Positions 1-10,628 of a stretch of DNA of 47,136 nucleotides are shown here, piece after piece. The position numbers were made by a program, and so were the translations under genes. Origin of the DNA: Patescibacteria group bacterium (lineage in GTDB: Bacteria; Patescibacteriota; Minisyncoccia; UBA6257; 2-01-FULL-56-20); contig JANWZH010000001.1 in the NCBI GenBank assembly GCA_025054755.1, forward strand, positions 1-47,136. The letters are read 5' to 3'. The notes below the pieces were generated by a model. It ran no database searches. It saw nothing but the letters and a program-made list of their open reading frames with translations, and was not told where the DNA came from. Each line of letters begins with the position of its first letter. Position 1 is the first letter of the stretch.

Positions 1-753
1 TTTTGGCAAAATTTGAATTTTAAGTAACTTACCTGTTTCTAAGTTTGAAACTACAATGTCAGATGAAAAATTATTTATATTTTTAAAAACTATTTTCCAA
101 TTATTTCTTTGTAAAACATTTAAATAAAAATCATATAAAGATTGATTAGTTTCTTCTGAAAATAAAATTACAGAATAATTTTTTACATCCTCAGAATATC
201 CTCCAATTTTTGCTTTTGAAAAAATTAAATATTGCGGAAAAGAAGATGGTAATTCTTTAAATACTTGTTTTGGTTCTGGTTTTAAAGGATTTAAAGGATT
301 ATATTCATATCTTAATAAAACTAATGATTTGTTTTCTAATGATTTAATCATAACAATTAAATAGCCCTCTCTTTTGGCAGAAATAAAAATTTGGTTTGGA
401 TCTTGATCAATATTGTATTCTTTAACAATTTGCCACAAATTATTATTTAAATAATCTTTAAATAAATTTAGCGTCTTCGAAAATGAATAATTAGATTCTA
501 AACTCTGCTCTGTTATAATTAAATTATCAGAATAAGTTATTTCTTTCGTACTTAAAATTTTAAAATCTGGAATTTTGGAGAAATCATTTGGGAAATACCT
601 TGGATTATCCGCTATACCATATTCTACAATTTTGGGTTGAATTGGTTTTGCTAATTTATTTTGATACCAATTTAAACCAAAATAAGAGCCAAGCCCCAAT
701 ATTAATGCTAAAAATAATGTTAAAACAATAATAAAAATTAATTTTTGGTTCAT
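1..753 (-). CDS. Membrane-anchored hypothetical protein, runs off the window edge, apparently two tandem copies of one domain
   Basis: Not in the ORF track. Manual translation from ATG at 753 (MNQKLIFIIVLTLFLALILGLGSYFGLNWYQ...) stays open to base 1. It has an N-terminal TM helix and TGaTATAAT 7 nt upstream of the ATG. Confidence 0.8.
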   Translation of the reverse strand, partial: MNQKLIFIIVLTLFLALILGLGSYFGLNWYQNKLAKPIQPKIVEYGIADNPRYFPNDFSKIPDFKILSTKEITYSDNLIITEQSLESNYSFSKTLNLFKDYLNNNLWQIVKEYNIDQDPNQIFISAKREGYLIVMIKSLENKSLVLLRYEYNPLNPLKPEPKQVFKELPSSFPQYLIFSKAKIGGYSEDVKNYSVILFSEETNQSLYDFYLNVLQRNNWKIVFKNINNFSSDIVVSNLETGKLLKIQILPK

Positions 754-925
754 TGTTATTATTATATCACTTTTTAATATTTTTTAAAATATTAATTGAC
801 CTTTTTAATTTAATTATAAAACCTAATTAATATTTTAAAATATCTTTTTAAAAAATACAATAATTCAAATTAAAAAAATAGAAGATCCTATATAAACTTA
901 TAAACTAACTAATAGATATTTTATT

Positions 926-2191
926 TTAATAACTATACTCTCTTATTGTAAATTGAGAATTAATTTGTCTTACTAAATCTAATATAACTGCAACAACAAT
1001 TAAAAGAGATGTCCCAGAAATATGCAAAGCTGAAATTCCGGTTATTTTTTCAATTATTAATGGCAAAACCGCAACAATACCTAAAAATAAAGCCCCAAAA
1101 AATGTTGTTTTATTCATTAATTTTTTAAAAAATTGAGTAGTGTTTCCCCCTGGCCTAATTCCAGGAATAAAACCGCCAGCTCTTTGGAGATTTTTTGAAA
1201 TTTCTTCAGGATTAAAAGTAATAGCACTATAAAAATAAGTAAAAATAAAAACTAAAATAAAATAAACTATTCCATAAAGTAATTGATTAGCTAAAAAACT
1301 ATTTACTAAATCATTTAATTTCATTCCCAAATCACGAGAAAAAATCATTGTAGTTTGAGCAATAAATTGAGGAAAAAGCATTACTGAAATAGCAAAAATT
1401 AAAGGAATCATTCCAGCTTGATTTACTTTTAATGGCAAATAGCTTTGAGCTCCTCCATACATTTTCATTCCTCTTACTCTTTTAGCATAAATAACTGGAA
1501 CTTTTCGTTCGCCTTCATTTAAATAAACTACACCTAAAATAATTAAAATAAAAATGGCTATAAAAATAATATAAGAAAACAAATTTGAAGAATCATAAAC
1601 TAAAATTGCTGAACGAACCGCATTTGGCAAACTACTTAAAATGCCAGCTAAAATAATCAAAGAAATTCCATTACCAATTTTTTGTTCTGAAATTAGTTCA
1701 CCAAACCATAAAGCAATTATTGAACCAGTAACAATAACAACAACATTAATTATTGCATCAAAACCAACTGGTTTATCAATCACTCCCTGAGAAGAAAGTA
1801 AAGCTAAAAAACCATAAGCTTGAAGCGCAGCTAATGGAACAGTAAGTAAGCGAGCATATTGATTAAATTTAGCCTGACCCTGAGCTCCTTGTTCATAATA
1901 AATTTCTTTAATTCTAGGAAAAACTATTGTTAAAAGCTGCATAATAATTGTTGCTGTAATATATGGGCCAACACCAAGCATTACAATAGATAAATTAGAA
2001 AGACCACCACCTGATAAAAGATTTAAAAATCCAAAAATCTGATTTTGCGAAAAAAAATCTTGTAATTTTATAATATCAACTTTAGGAATTGGAATGGCTG
2101 CTAATAATCTATAAAATATTAAAATTCCAGCAACTATCAATATTTTCTTTCTTAAATCTTTAATTTTAAAAACCTCAATAAAACGATTCAT
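926..2191 (-). CDS. secY: Preprotein translocase subunit SecY
   Basis: LGVGPYITATII, LPLKVNQAGMIPLIFA and GGFIPGIRPG motifs; last gene of the spc cluster. Confidence 0.98.
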   Translation of the reverse strand: MNRFIEVFKIKDLRKKILIVAGILIFYRLLAAIPIPKVDIIKLQDFFSQNQIFGFLNLLSGGGLSNLSIVMLGVGPYITATIIMQLLTIVFPRIKEIYYEQGAQGQAKFNQYARLLTVPLAALQAYGFLALLSSQGVIDKPVGFDAIINVVVIVTGSIIALWFGELISEQKIGNGISLIILAGILSSLPNAVRSAILVYDSSNLFSYIIFIAIFILIILGVVYLNEGERKVPVIYAKRVRGMKMYGGAQSYLPLKVNQAGMIPLIFAISVMLFPQFIAQTTMIFSRDLGMKLNDLVNSFLANQLLYGIVYFILVFIFTYFYSAITFNPEEISKNLQRAGGFIPGIRPGGNTTQFFKKLMNKTTFFGALFLGIVAVLPLIIEKITGISALHISGTSLLIVVAVILDLVRQINSQFTIREYSY

Positions 2192-2198
2192 ATTTTTA

Positions 2199-2633
2199 TT
2201 ATATTACCTTTCCGCCAGCTTGAATAATTTTTGTTTTCAATTGATTAGATACTTTTAATCCATTAATTACTAAAGGCAAAATTTCTATTTCTTTTCTACC
2301 GCCAACAATTTTAACATCACCTTTATAATTATTAGAAACCAAATTTAATTGTTTTAAAGTCATTAAATTAATTTCGTCTTTAATATTAAATAATTTCACT
2401 TTATTAATTAAATCAGTAATTTTAATTGTCTTTGGTTTTTTGTTTGGCTTATTTTTAAAACCTCTTAATTTAGGTAAGCGAATAATAATATCGCGTTCAG
2501 CTGGCCTAATTCTTCTACCAGCTCTTGATTTTTGTCCTTTTTGACCGCGGCCAGAATATGTTCCTCTTTTACCACCTCTTCCAATTCTTTTTTTATTTTT
2601 TTGTTTTTTAACTTTTAACTCATGAAACCTCAT
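2199..2633 (-). CDS. rplO: 50S ribosomal protein L15
   Basis: RIGRGGKRGTYSGRGQKGQKSRAG; position upstream of secY. Confidence 0.97.
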   Translation of the reverse strand: MRFHELKVKKQKNKKRIGRGGKRGTYSGRGQKGQKSRAGRRIRPAERDIIIRLPKLRGFKNKPNKKPKTIKITDLINKVKLFNIKDEINLMTLKQLNLVSNNYKGDVKIVGGRKEIEILPLVINGLKVSNQLKTKIIQAGGKVI

Positions 2634-2647
2634 TTTTATTTAAAAAT

Positions 2648-3109
2648 TTATTTTAAACCAACCTTTAATTTTTTTAATGCAGAAAGTGCTGCTAAAGCAT
2701 TGGTTAATTTATTTGGAGTTCTGCCCAATATTTTAGCTGAAGCATCTTTTATTCCTGCCAAAGACAAAACTGATCTGACAGCACTACCAGCTTTTAGACC
2801 ATTTCCTTTTTTAGCTGGCTTAATAATAACTCTAGCTGCACTATATTTTGCTTCAACCTCATGAAAAATAGTTCTATTTTCTTTTAATTCTAAATTGATA
2901 AGATTTTTTTTAGCATTAGCCTTTGCTTTAGAAATAGCTTGCATAACATCTAAACCTTTTCCAATTCCAACACCAACTCTTCCTTTTAAATCACCAATAA
3001 CTACTGTAGCTCTAAAGCTCATTCTTTTACCGCCGGCAACAACTCTAGCCACTCTTCTTAAATCTAAAACTTTTTCTTTAAATTCTTCTTTTTTAATAAA
3101 TTTTTCCAT
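2648..3109 (-). CDS. rpsE: 30S ribosomal protein S5
   Basis: RVARVVAGGKRMSFRATVVIGD...GVGIGK. Confidence 0.98.
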   Translation of the reverse strand: MEKFIKKEEFKEKVLDLRRVARVVAGGKRMSFRATVVIGDLKGRVGVGIGKGLDVMQAISKAKANAKKNLINLELKENRTIFHEVEAKYSAARVIIKPAKKGNGLKAGSAVRSVLSLAGIKDASAKILGRTPNKLTNALAALSALKKLKVGLK

Positions 3110-3141
3110 AGCTTTATTTAATATAAATTAATTTAAAATAT

Positions 3142-3495
3142 TTAAAATTTCAATCCGGCCTCACGAGCTGCATCAGCCAAACTTTTTACTCTACCATGAT
3201 ATTTATACCAACGTCTATCAAAAACAACTTCTCTAATACCTTGCTTTAAGGCTTTTTCAGCAATTAATTTTCCTACATTTTTAGCCATTTCAGTTTTATT
3301 TAACTTAATATCTTTTAACTCTAAACTTGAAGCCGAAACTAAGGTTTTGCCAACAGTATCATCAATTAATTGAACATAAATATTTTTATTGCTTCTTTTT
3401 ACAGCTAATCTTGGTCTTTCAGGTGTCCCTGAAATTTTTGCCCTAACTCTTCTAATTTTTAATTTTCTAATTTTATTAATTTCTTTTCTATCCAT
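3142..3495 (-). CDS. rplR: 50S ribosomal protein L18
   Basis: [48 protein letters not shown]. Confidence 0.98.
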   Translation of the reverse strand: MDRKEINKIRKLKIRRVRAKISGTPERPRLAVKRSNKNIYVQLIDDTVGKTLVSASSLELKDIKLNKTEMAKNVGKLIAEKALKQGIREVVFDRRWYKYHGRVKSLADAAREAGLKF

Positions 3496-3503
3496 GTTTT
3501 TAA

Positions 3504-4040
3504 TTATGCTCCAGCTTTTTTACCGGCCTTTCGTCTAATATATTCTCCCTTATAATGAATACCCTTACCTTTATATGGTTCTGGTGGTTTTAATAATCTA
3601 ATTTTTGAAGCAAACTGACCAACTTTTTCTTTATTAATTCCAGAAATAATAATTTGGTTTTTTTCTACTTTAACCGAAATATCTTCTGGCACAGAAACAT
3701 TTATAGGATGAGAAAATCCTAAATATAATACTAAATTTTTATTATTAACTTCTGCTCTATATCCAATACCTTCTATTTCTAAAATTTTTTCAAATCCAAA
3801 ATTTACTCCAGAAATTGCGTTTTTAATTAAAGACCACATTGTCCCGCTATTCATTTTAGCTTGCTTAGAATCTTCTTTTTTAAGAACCTGTATTTCTTTA
3901 TCTTTAATTAAAACATCAATTAATGGCAATTTATTTAAAATTAATTCGCCCTTAGGTCCTTTAAATAATAAACTTTCATTTTCAATCATAACTGTAATTC
4001 CTTCTGGTATATTAATTGTTTTTTTAATTAATCTAGACAT
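3504..4040 (-). CDS. rplF: 50S ribosomal protein L6
   Basis: MSRL start at ATG 4040; [21 protein letters not shown]. Confidence 0.97.
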   Translation of the reverse strand: MSRLIKKTINIPEGITVMIENESLLFKGPKGELILNKLPLIDVLIKDKEIQVLKKEDSKQAKMNSGTMWSLIKNAISGVNFGFEKILEIEGIGYRAEVNNKNLVLYLGFSHPINVSVPEDISVKVEKNQIIISGINKEKVGQFASKIRLLKPPEPYKGKGIHYKGEYIRRKAGKKAGA

Positions 4041-4042
4041 AA

Positions 4043-4423
4043 TTACCAAATTTCAAATAAATATTCGCCCCCAACTCTTTTTTTAATTGCGTCTTTTTCA
4101 ACCATTACTCCTTTTGAAGTAGAAACAAGCCCTATTCCAAAACCATTTTTAACTGGTTTTAATTCTGTATATTTTTTAAAAATGTGCCTACTTGGCTTAC
4201 TAATTAATTTAAAATTAGACATAGCTGGTTTTTTATTATTATACAAAAGCTTAATTTCTAAAAATAATTTTTTATCTATAGTTTTTTTATCAACACTTTT
4301 AATATAACCTTTTTCGGTTAAAATTTTTAAAATTTCAAAATCAAATTTTGAAAAAGGTGTTAAAACTTTTTCTTTCTTTGCTAAATAAGCATTTTTAATT
4401 TTTGCTAAAATATCCCAATACAT
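4043..4423 (-). CDS. rpsH: 30S ribosomal protein S8
   Basis: ISKPSRH, STSKGVM, VGGEYLFEIW. Confidence 0.96.
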   Translation of the reverse strand: MYWDILAKIKNAYLAKKEKVLTPFSKFDFEILKILTEKGYIKSVDKKTIDKKLFLEIKLLYNNKKPAMSNFKLISKPSRHIFKKYTELKPVKNGFGIGLVSTSKGVMVEKDAIKKRVGGEYLFEIW

Positions 4424-4436
4424 TTTTTTAAAAAAA

Positions 4437-4622
4437 TTACCACGAAGCTTTTTTTATGCCTGGAATTTCGCCCTTTGAAGCTAATTCTCTAAAACAAATT
4501 CTACACAAACCAAAATCTCTAATATACCCTCTTTTTCTACCACAACGAAAACATCTTCTAACTATTCTGGTACTATATTTCGGCTTTTTTTTACTTCTCG
4601 CAATAACTGAAGTTTTTGGCAT
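4437..4622 (-). CDS. rpsN: 30S ribosomal protein S14, zinc-binding (type Z)
   Basis: 61 aa, RCFRCGR...GLCRICFRE...KASW. Confidence 0.97.
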   Translation of the reverse strand: MPKTSVIARSKKKPKYSTRIVRRCFRCGRKRGYIRDFGLCRICFRELASKGEIPGIKKASW

Positions 4623-4630
4623 AATTTTAT

Positions 4631-5140
4631 TTATTTTTTAATTTTGAAAGGGAAACCTAAATTTAAATAGGTTTCTTCTGCGACTTTTCTGTTTTTAATT
4701 TTTGATACAATATTTATTCCTAATGGGAATTGAATAATTGATTCTTCTGGATTTATTTCCGGAAAAACATATTGATCTTTTAATCCAATATTAATTGATC
4801 CATTTTGATCAATTTTGCTCAAAGGAATACCAGAAAAATCTCTTACCCTTGGCAAAACTATTTTAACTAAACGGCTAAAAAAATCAATCATTTTTTTATT
4901 TCTTAACGTAACTTGCAATCCAACTAATTGCCCTTCTCTAACTTTAAAGCCAGCAATTGATTTTTTAGCTTTAGTTATTTTAGGATATTGACCAGTAATT
5001 AAACTTAAATCTTTTATGATTTGTGGCAAAATTTTGCTCTCAAAATTAGGATTAGAATTTGCCATTTTGCCTATACCTACATTTACTACTATTTTTTCAA
5101 TAGTTTGTTTTATTTTATTTTGAAAATCTTTTTCGTTCAT
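4631..5140 (-). CDS. rplE: 50S ribosomal protein L5
   Basis: [31 protein letters not shown]. Confidence 0.97.
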   Translation of the reverse strand: MNEKDFQNKIKQTIEKIVVNVGIGKMANSNPNFESKILPQIIKDLSLITGQYPKITKAKKSIAGFKVREGQLVGLQVTLRNKKMIDFFSRLVKIVLPRVRDFSGIPLSKIDQNGSINIGLKDQYVFPEINPEESIIQFPLGINIVSKIKNRKVAEETYLNLGFPFKIKK

Positions 5141-5153
5141 TTTTTTAAAAAAA

Positions 5154-5459
5154 TTAAATTAAAGACTTACATTTTTTGCAGTAACGAACCTTTTTATCAT
5201 CAAGAAATTGAAAACCAATTCTTGTCGGCTTACTACAATTTTTACATATGACCATTACTTTTGAAGCATAAATTGGTCTACTAACCGTAATAATTTCTCC
5301 CTTTTGAGCAGAAGTTTTTGGCCTAATGTGCTTTTTATACAAATTAATACCTTCAACTAATACCTTATTTTCTTTAATTAAAACTTTTGAAACAATGCCA
5401 GTTTTCCCCCTATCTTTGCCACTTAAAATTTTAACTTTGTCTCCTTTTTTAACTTTCAT
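5154..5459 (-). CDS. rplX: 50S ribosomal protein L24
   Basis: KOW motif KKGDKVKILSGKDRGKTG; C-terminal CxxC pairs. Confidence 0.97.
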   Translation of the reverse strand: MKVKKGDKVKILSGKDRGKTGIVSKVLIKENKVLVEGINLYKKHIRPKTSAQKGEIITVSRPIYASKVMVICKNCSKPTRIGFQFLDDKKVRYCKKCKSLI

Positions 5460-5466
5460 ATTTTTA

Positions 5467-5835
5467 TTAAATAATTTCTTCGGCCATATTCATTAATTTT
5501 TCAAATCCCTTTAATTTTAGTTCTCTTGGCATTGGACCAAAAACACGAGTAGCAATTGGCTCCTTTTTATTATCAATAATAACTCCTGCATTTTCATCAA
5601 ATCTTACAACAGAACCATCTGGTCTTTTTATTCCATTTTTTGTTCTAACAATTAAAACCTTAACTATATCTTTCTTTTTAATATTTTTTCTTGGTTCAGC
5701 AACTTGAACTGAAGCAATAATAATATCTCCTATATTAGCATATCTTCTTCTTGTCCCTCCTAAAATTCTAAAACAACGCACTTTTTTTGCGCCTGAATTA
5801 TCTGCTATTTTTATAATTGATCTTTCTTGAATCAT
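5467..5835 (-). CDS. rplN: 50S ribosomal protein L14
   Basis: MIQ..ADNSGAK; RFDENA; TRVFGP. Confidence 0.98.
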   Translation of the reverse strand: MIQERSIIKIADNSGAKKVRCFRILGGTRRRYANIGDIIIASVQVAEPRKNIKKKDIVKVLIVRTKNGIKRPDGSVVRFDENAGVIIDNKKEPIATRVFGPMPRELKLKGFEKLMNMAEEII

Positions 5836-5839
5836 AATT

Positions 5840-6085
5840 TTAAATTTTAGATATTATTTTCCACCTTTTTTCTTTTGAAATTGGTCTTGTTTCTTCAATA
5901 ATTACTTTATCACCAACATGATATTCATTGTTTTCATCATGGGCTTTAAATTTTTTACTAACCTTAAAATACTTTAAATATTTAGGATGTTTTTTAAAAC
6001 GCTCAACTAAAACCAATCTGGTTTTATTCATTTTATCTGAAACAACAACTCCTTCTAATTTTTTCTTTTTTAATTTATTTTCCAT
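5840..6085 (-). CDS. rpsQ: 30S ribosomal protein S17
   Basis: [11 protein letters not shown]...KAHDENN...[11 protein letters not shown]. Confidence 0.97.
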   Translation of the reverse strand: MENKLKKKKLEGVVVSDKMNKTRLVLVERFKKHPKYLKYFKVSKKFKAHDENNEYHVGDKVIIEETRPISKEKRWKIISKI

Positions 6086-6093
6086 ATTTTTAA

Positions 6094-6303
6094 TTATTTT
6101 ATATTTTTATTCATTTCATTAATTAATGTCAAAATTTGAGCAATATCTTTTTTTAATTTTTTAATATCTTTAATGTTTTTTACTTTTCCAGAATTTAAAT
6201 CAAATTTCATTTGTTTTAAAGCTTTTCTTTTTTCAAACAAAATTTTATTTAATTCTTCAATCGTAGCTGTCATTTTTAATTGTTTGAAATCATTTTTCTT
6301 CAT
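6094..6303 (-). CDS. rpmC: 50S ribosomal protein L29
   Basis: Between rplP and rps[17 protein letters not shown] at 6303 preferred. Confidence 0.9.
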   Translation of the reverse strand: MKKNDFKQLKMTATIEELNKILFEKRKALKQMKFDLNSGKVKNIKDIKKLKKDIAQILTLINEMNKNIK

Positions 6304-6304
6304 A

Positions 6305-6715
6305 TTATTTACTAACAATTTTAGTCTTAATTGGCAATTTATGACCAGCCAATCTTAAGGCTTCTTTTGCTATTTCTGGTTTATTAATATCTATTTCAAA
6401 CAATATTCTCCCTGCTCTTACAGGAAAAACATAATGATCAACGCTTCCTTTTCCTCCGCCCATTGTGACTTCTGGAGGTCTTTTTGTGACTGGTTTATCT
6501 GGAAAAATTCTAATCCAAAATCTTCCTTCTTTTTTTAATTTCCCAGAAATTGCTTTACGAGCAGCTTCAATTTGGGCTGAACTAATCCATTTTGATTCTA
6601 GGGCTTTTAATCCAAAATTTCCATAATTCAAATCAATTCCTCTTGTTTCAACATTTCTCTTCCTACTTCTCCCCTTTTGCCATTTTCTATGTTTTACTTT
6701 TTTAGGTATTAACAT
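6305..6715 (-). CDS. rplP: 50S ribosomal protein L16
   Basis: MLIPKKVKHRK, QIEAARK, WIRIFPDKPVT, MGGGKG. Confidence 0.98.
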   Translation of the reverse strand: MLIPKKVKHRKWQKGRSRKRNVETRGIDLNYGNFGLKALESKWISSAQIEAARKAISGKLKKEGRFWIRIFPDKPVTKRPPEVTMGGGKGSVDHYVFPVRAGRILFEIDINKPEIAKEALRLAGHKLPIKTKIVSK

Positions 6716-7420
6716 TTATTTATTTTTTTCTTTAAAGATTTCGCCTTTATAAATCCAAACCTTAACTCCAACTGTTCCATAAGTTGTAAATGCAGTTGAA
6801 GTCCCATAATCGATTTTTGCTCTTAATTTATTTAATGGTAATGCTCCAAATTTAAATGTTTCGTGTCTCGCAATTTCAGCTCCGTCAAGCCTTCCTTTAA
6901 CAATAATTTTAGCTCCTTTAACTTCTTTATTTTGCATTAAATATTCTAAATTCTTTTTACAAGTTAATCTAAATGGAATTCTTTTTTCTATATCCCAAGC
7001 AATTTGCTGAGCAATATATTGTGCGCTAGCTTCGGTTCTTTTAAGCTCTTCTATATTTAAACTTAATTTAAAATTAGTATCTGGATTATTTTGTTTTTTC
7101 CTTAATTTTAAGATATTTTTTTCAATAATCTTAGAAAGATCTTCTATTCCTTTTCCTCCTTGACCAATAATTAATCCAGGCTTCGCAGCTTTAATATTAA
7201 TTTTGATTAAACTTGATATTCTTTCTATATCTATATTTACAATACCAGCTTGATTAATTTTTTGTTTAATAACTTTTCTAATAATATAATCTTCTTCCAA
7301 AATTTTAGGCAAAATTAAGCGATTATTATTTTTACCGCTATTTTTACCCATAAACCACCTAGATCTCCAGTTTTCTACATTGCCTATCCTTAATGAAATT
7401 GGATTAATTTTTTGGCCCAT
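6716..7420 (-). CDS. rpsC: 30S ribosomal protein S3
   Basis: MGQKINP, KH motif PGLIIG, GRLDGAEIAR, GVKVWIYKGE. Confidence 0.98.
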   Translation of the reverse strand: MGQKINPISLRIGNVENWRSRWFMGKNSGKNNNRLILPKILEEDYIIRKVIKQKINQAGIVNIDIERISSLIKINIKAAKPGLIIGQGGKGIEDLSKIIEKNILKLRKKQNNPDTNFKLSLNIEELKRTEASAQYIAQQIAWDIEKRIPFRLTCKKNLEYLMQNKEVKGAKIIVKGRLDGAEIARHETFKFGALPLNKLRAKIDYGTSTAFTTYGTVGVKVWIYKGEIFKEKNK

Positions 7421-7425
7421 ATTTT

Positions 7426-7950
7426 TTATACAGATTTTCTTCTAAAAAATTTTTTAAAAAATCCTTCTTGCGACTTTTTTTGTTTTTTATCTTCTAAATT
7501 TTGTTCTAAATCTTTCTTTTCTTTAAATTGTTTTAAAGCTTCTTTTTTAACTTTTGATTTTTTATTTTGAATAATCGTATATTTTGGCTTAACATTATCT
7601 TTTTCAATTAAAATAACTTCAATGTGGCTAGTTTTTTTCTGAATAGGAGTAGCTACTCCTCTAGCTCTAGGCAAATATCTTTTAAACATCGGCCCTTGAT
7701 TTACTAAAATATTTTTAACATATAATTTATTTAAATCAAATTTTTTAGCTAATGCTCCGGCTTTGGCAGATTGAATTAATTTTAAAATTATTTTTGATGC
7801 TCTTTTAGTATTATAGATTAATTGAGCCTCAGCTTCATTAACTGATAAGCCCTTAATTAAATTAGCAACTAATCTTGCTTTTCTTGGAGCAATTCTTGCA
7901 TATCTTAATACAGCTTTTTGAATTTTTGTATTTATTAATGCTTCTGACAT
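7426..7950 (-). CDS. rplV: 50S ribosomal protein L22 with Lys-rich C-terminal extension
   Basis: APRKARLVANLIKG, PRARG...KKTSHI, then about 60 extra residues. Confidence 0.96.
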   Translation of the reverse strand: MSEALINTKIQKAVLRYARIAPRKARLVANLIKGLSVNEAEAQLIYNTKRASKIILKLIQSAKAGALAKKFDLNKLYVKNILVNQGPMFKRYLPRARGVATPIQKKTSHIEVILIEKDNVKPKYTIIQNKKSKVKKEALKQFKEKKDLEQNLEDKKQKKSQEGFFKKFFRRKSV

Positions 7951-7963
7951 TTTAATTTAATTA

Positions 7964-8275
7964 TTATTTTTTAATTTCTTGACTTGCATTCTGACTAACT
8001 TTTTTCTCTAATTCTCTTTGCATTTTACCACCATGTTTAATAAACTTCCTGGTTAAAACAAATTCTCCTAAACGATGTCCAATCATTGCTTCATTAATTT
8101 TAACCTCAACAAAATTCTTACCATTATGAACTAAAAATGAAAATCCAACCATTTCTGGAGAAATTTCAGAATCTCTAGACCAAGTTTTAATTGGGCCATC
8201 CTCTGGTTTTTGTTTTGAAATTTTCTTTAATATATTTGGATCAATAAATGGACCCTTTTTTAAACTTCTAGACAT
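7964..8275 (-). CDS. rpsS: 30S ribosomal protein S19
   Basis: [24 protein letters not shown]. Confidence 0.98.
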   Translation of the reverse strand: MSRSLKKGPFIDPNILKKISKQKPEDGPIKTWSRDSEISPEMVGFSFLVHNGKNFVEVKINEAMIGHRLGEFVLTRKFIKHGGKMQRELEKKVSQNASQEIKK

Positions 8276-8279
8276 AATT

Positions 8280-9116
8280 TTATTTTTTCCTTCTTTGAAG
8301 AATTAATTTATTCGACTTCTTTCTTTTATTTCTAGTTTTTCTTCCTCCTGTCACCTTGCCCCACAATGTCTTTGGACGTCTAGTTCCTCTTTGAGCCCTT
8401 CCTTCGCCTCCACCATAAGGATGATCAACTGGATTCATTGCTGATCCTCTAACTGTTGGCCTAATACCCATATGCCTAGATCTGCCAGCTTTCCCAATAA
8501 CAACTAAATTATTATCAGGGTTCGAAACCTGTCCTAGGGTCGCAAAACATTCAGCATGAATTTTTCTAATTTCTCCAGATGGCATTTTTAATATTGTATA
8601 ATTCCCTTTTTCATCCGTACCTAAAACTTCAGCATATGAACCAGCAGAACGAACAATTTTGCCACCAGAATTAGGAACTACTTCAATATTATGAACTTGA
8701 TAACCAGCTGGAATATTTTTTAATTTTAATCTATTTCCAATTTTTAAAGGAGCATTTGCAGAAGTTATAATTTTGTCTCCAACTTTTAATCCTTCTGGAG
8801 CTAAAATATAACAACGCGATCCATCAAGATATTTAATTTTAGCAATAAAAGCTGTACGATATGGATCATATTCTAAGGTTTCAATTGTAGCTTCCATATC
8901 CATTTTATTTTGTTTAAAATCAATCAAACGATAAAGTTTTTTGTGTCCACCTCCTTTATGACGAGTTGTAATTCTGCCCTGATTATTCCTACCAGAGTTC
9001 TTTTTTAAATCAATTAATAAAGATTTTTCTGGTTCTACTTTTGATAAAACAGAATAATCTATTACGGTCATTCCGCGTTGTCCTGGCGTTTTTGGTTTTT
9101 TAATTTTAATTGCCAT
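8280..9116 (-). CDS. rplB: 50S ribosomal protein L2
   Basis: [32 protein letters not shown]. Confidence 0.99.
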   Translation of the reverse strand: MAIKIKKPKTPGQRGMTVIDYSVLSKVEPEKSLLIDLKKNSGRNNQGRITTRHKGGGHKKLYRLIDFKQNKMDMEATIETLEYDPYRTAFIAKIKYLDGSRCYILAPEGLKVGDKIITSANAPLKIGNRLKLKNIPAGYQVHNIEVVPNSGGKIVRSAGSYAEVLGTDEKGNYTILKMPSGEIRKIHAECFATLGQVSNPDNNLVVIGKAGRSRHMGIRPTVRGSAMNPVDHPYGGGEGRAQRGTRRPKTLWGKVTGGRKTRNKRKKSNKLILQRRKK

Positions 9117-9119
9117 TTT

Positions 9120-9398
9120 TTAAATTAAATCTATTTTTTGACCATCCTTTAATGTCACTATTGCTTTTTTATAAAATGTTTTCTTTTTTGAAACAATATT
9201 TCTAAAATTTTTTGATTTAGCTGGAATATTTATAATATTTATTTTAACAACATCAACTCCATAAATATTTTTAATTTCTTTCTTTATTTCTGATTTATTA
9301 GCATTTTTTGAAACATCAAAAACATATTTGTTTTGATCTTTCAAAAATGTTCCTTTTTCTGTAATATGTGGTTTTTTAATTAAATTTACTACTTTCAT
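9120..9398 (-). CDS. rplW: 50S ribosomal protein L23
   Basis: PHITEK, ANKSEIK, KKAIVTLK; ATG at 9398 preferred. Confidence 0.95.
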   Translation of the reverse strand: MKVVNLIKKPHITEKGTFLKDQNKYVFDVSKNANKSEIKKEIKNIYGVDVVKINIINIPAKSKNFRNIVSKKKTFYKKAIVTLKDGQKIDLI

Positions 9399-9402
9399 GT
9401 TT

Positions 9403-10047
9403 TTATATTTTATAATGCTTAACAATAATTTCTAATGAATTTTTATCAATAAAAATATTTTTATAATTTAACAAATCATAAACATTTAATGATATTGGGC
9501 TTAAAACTTTGGTTTTCAAAATATTTCTTGCAGCTTTATAAATATTTTTATTTTCTAAATCTGGTATTAATAAAACATCTGTTTTTTTAGCTCTTTTTGG
9601 TAAATTCAAAATATTTTTTAAATAAGAAAAAACTATTTTAGTTTTTGGTTCAGAAATATTTAATGAATCAAAAAATTTAATTTCATTATCCTTTAATTTT
9701 TTAGATAAAACAGAAAAAATTGCTAATCTTTTCATTTTTTTATTAATTTTTTTAGAAAAATCTTTATCTTTTGAAGGCCCGTGAGCTTTACCCCCACCTA
9801 CCCAAATTGGAGATCTAATTGATCCATGACGAGCTCTTCCAGTGCCTTTTTGACGCCATGGTTTTTTACCTCCGCCTCTTACTTCGCCTCTTGTTTTAGC
9901 ATGAGCTATTGGATCTCTGCTGTTTGCTAATTGCGCATCTAAAACCTGTTTAACCAAAACTGGATTCCATTTTTGAGAAAAAATTTCTTCTGGCAATTCA
10001 ATTTCGCCCACTTTTTCATTTTGTAAATTAATTAATTCAGCTTTCAT
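9403..10047 (-). CDS. rplD: 50S ribosomal protein L4
   Basis: KPWRQKGTGRARHGSIRSPIWVGGG. Confidence 0.98.
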   Translation of the reverse strand: MKAELINLQNEKVGEIELPEEIFSQKWNPVLVKQVLDAQLANSRDPIAHAKTRGEVRGGGKKPWRQKGTGRARHGSIRSPIWVGGGKAHGPSKDKDFSKKINKKMKRLAIFSVLSKKLKDNEIKFFDSLNISEPKTKIVFSYLKNILNLPKRAKKTDVLLIPDLENKNIYKAARNILKTKVLSPISLNVYDLLNYKNIFIDKNSLEIIVKHYKI

Positions 10048-10051
10048 ATTT

Positions 10052-10609
10052 TTATTTTTTTCTTATTTCTATTAAAGCATTTCTACTGCCAGCGACTCCG
10101 CCTTTTAACATTAAAATATTATTTTGTGTATCAACTGAAACTACTTCTATATTTTTAATTGTTATTCTTTGATTTCCAGCTCGACCAGCCATCTTTCTTC
10201 CTTTAAAAATATGTTGAGGCGCAGTTGGGCCAATTGAACCAGGAGCTCTCCATCTATTTTTCTGACCATGCGTTCTTGGCCCACCACCAAAACCATGTCT
10301 TTTGACTACGCCAGTAAAACCCTTGCCCTTAGAAATACTAGAAACAATAACTTTTTCTCCCTCTTTAAAAAAAGAAAGGTCAATTACTTTTTTATTTTTT
10401 AACATATCTTTTTCTTCATCTGTTAATTTATCTAATCTAAATTCTTTTTTATGATTATTTAAATTTAAACAAATTGATTCGTATTTATCTTTTTCTTTTG
10501 TACGAAAATATTCCACCTTATTAGGTTTAGCCTCAATAACTGTTACAGGAAAAACCTTGCCATCTTTCCAAATTTGAGTCATCTTAATTTTTTTGCCTAA
10601 AATAAACAT
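10052..10609 (-). CDS. rplC: 50S ribosomal protein L3 (compact, 185 aa)
   Basis: GKKIKMTQ, SKGKGFTGVVKRHGF, RAPGSIG, GRKMAGR. Confidence 0.97.
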   Translation of the reverse strand: MFILGKKIKMTQIWKDGKVFPVTVIEAKPNKVEYFRTKEKDKYESICLNLNNHKKEFRLDKLTDEEKDMLKNKKVIDLSFFKEGEKVIVSSISKGKGFTGVVKRHGFGGGPRTHGQKNRWRAPGSIGPTAPQHIFKGRKMAGRAGNQRITIKNIEVVSVDTQNNILMLKGGVAGSRNALIEIRKK

Positions 10610-10628
10610 TTTAATTAATCAAAAATAA

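Noticed and set aside
2622..6358. Plus-strand ORFs 2622-2864, 2895-3131, 4456-4641, 5021-5251, 5928-6122, 6173-6358
   Set aside because: Antisense shadows of ribosomal protein genes with no recognisable motifs.
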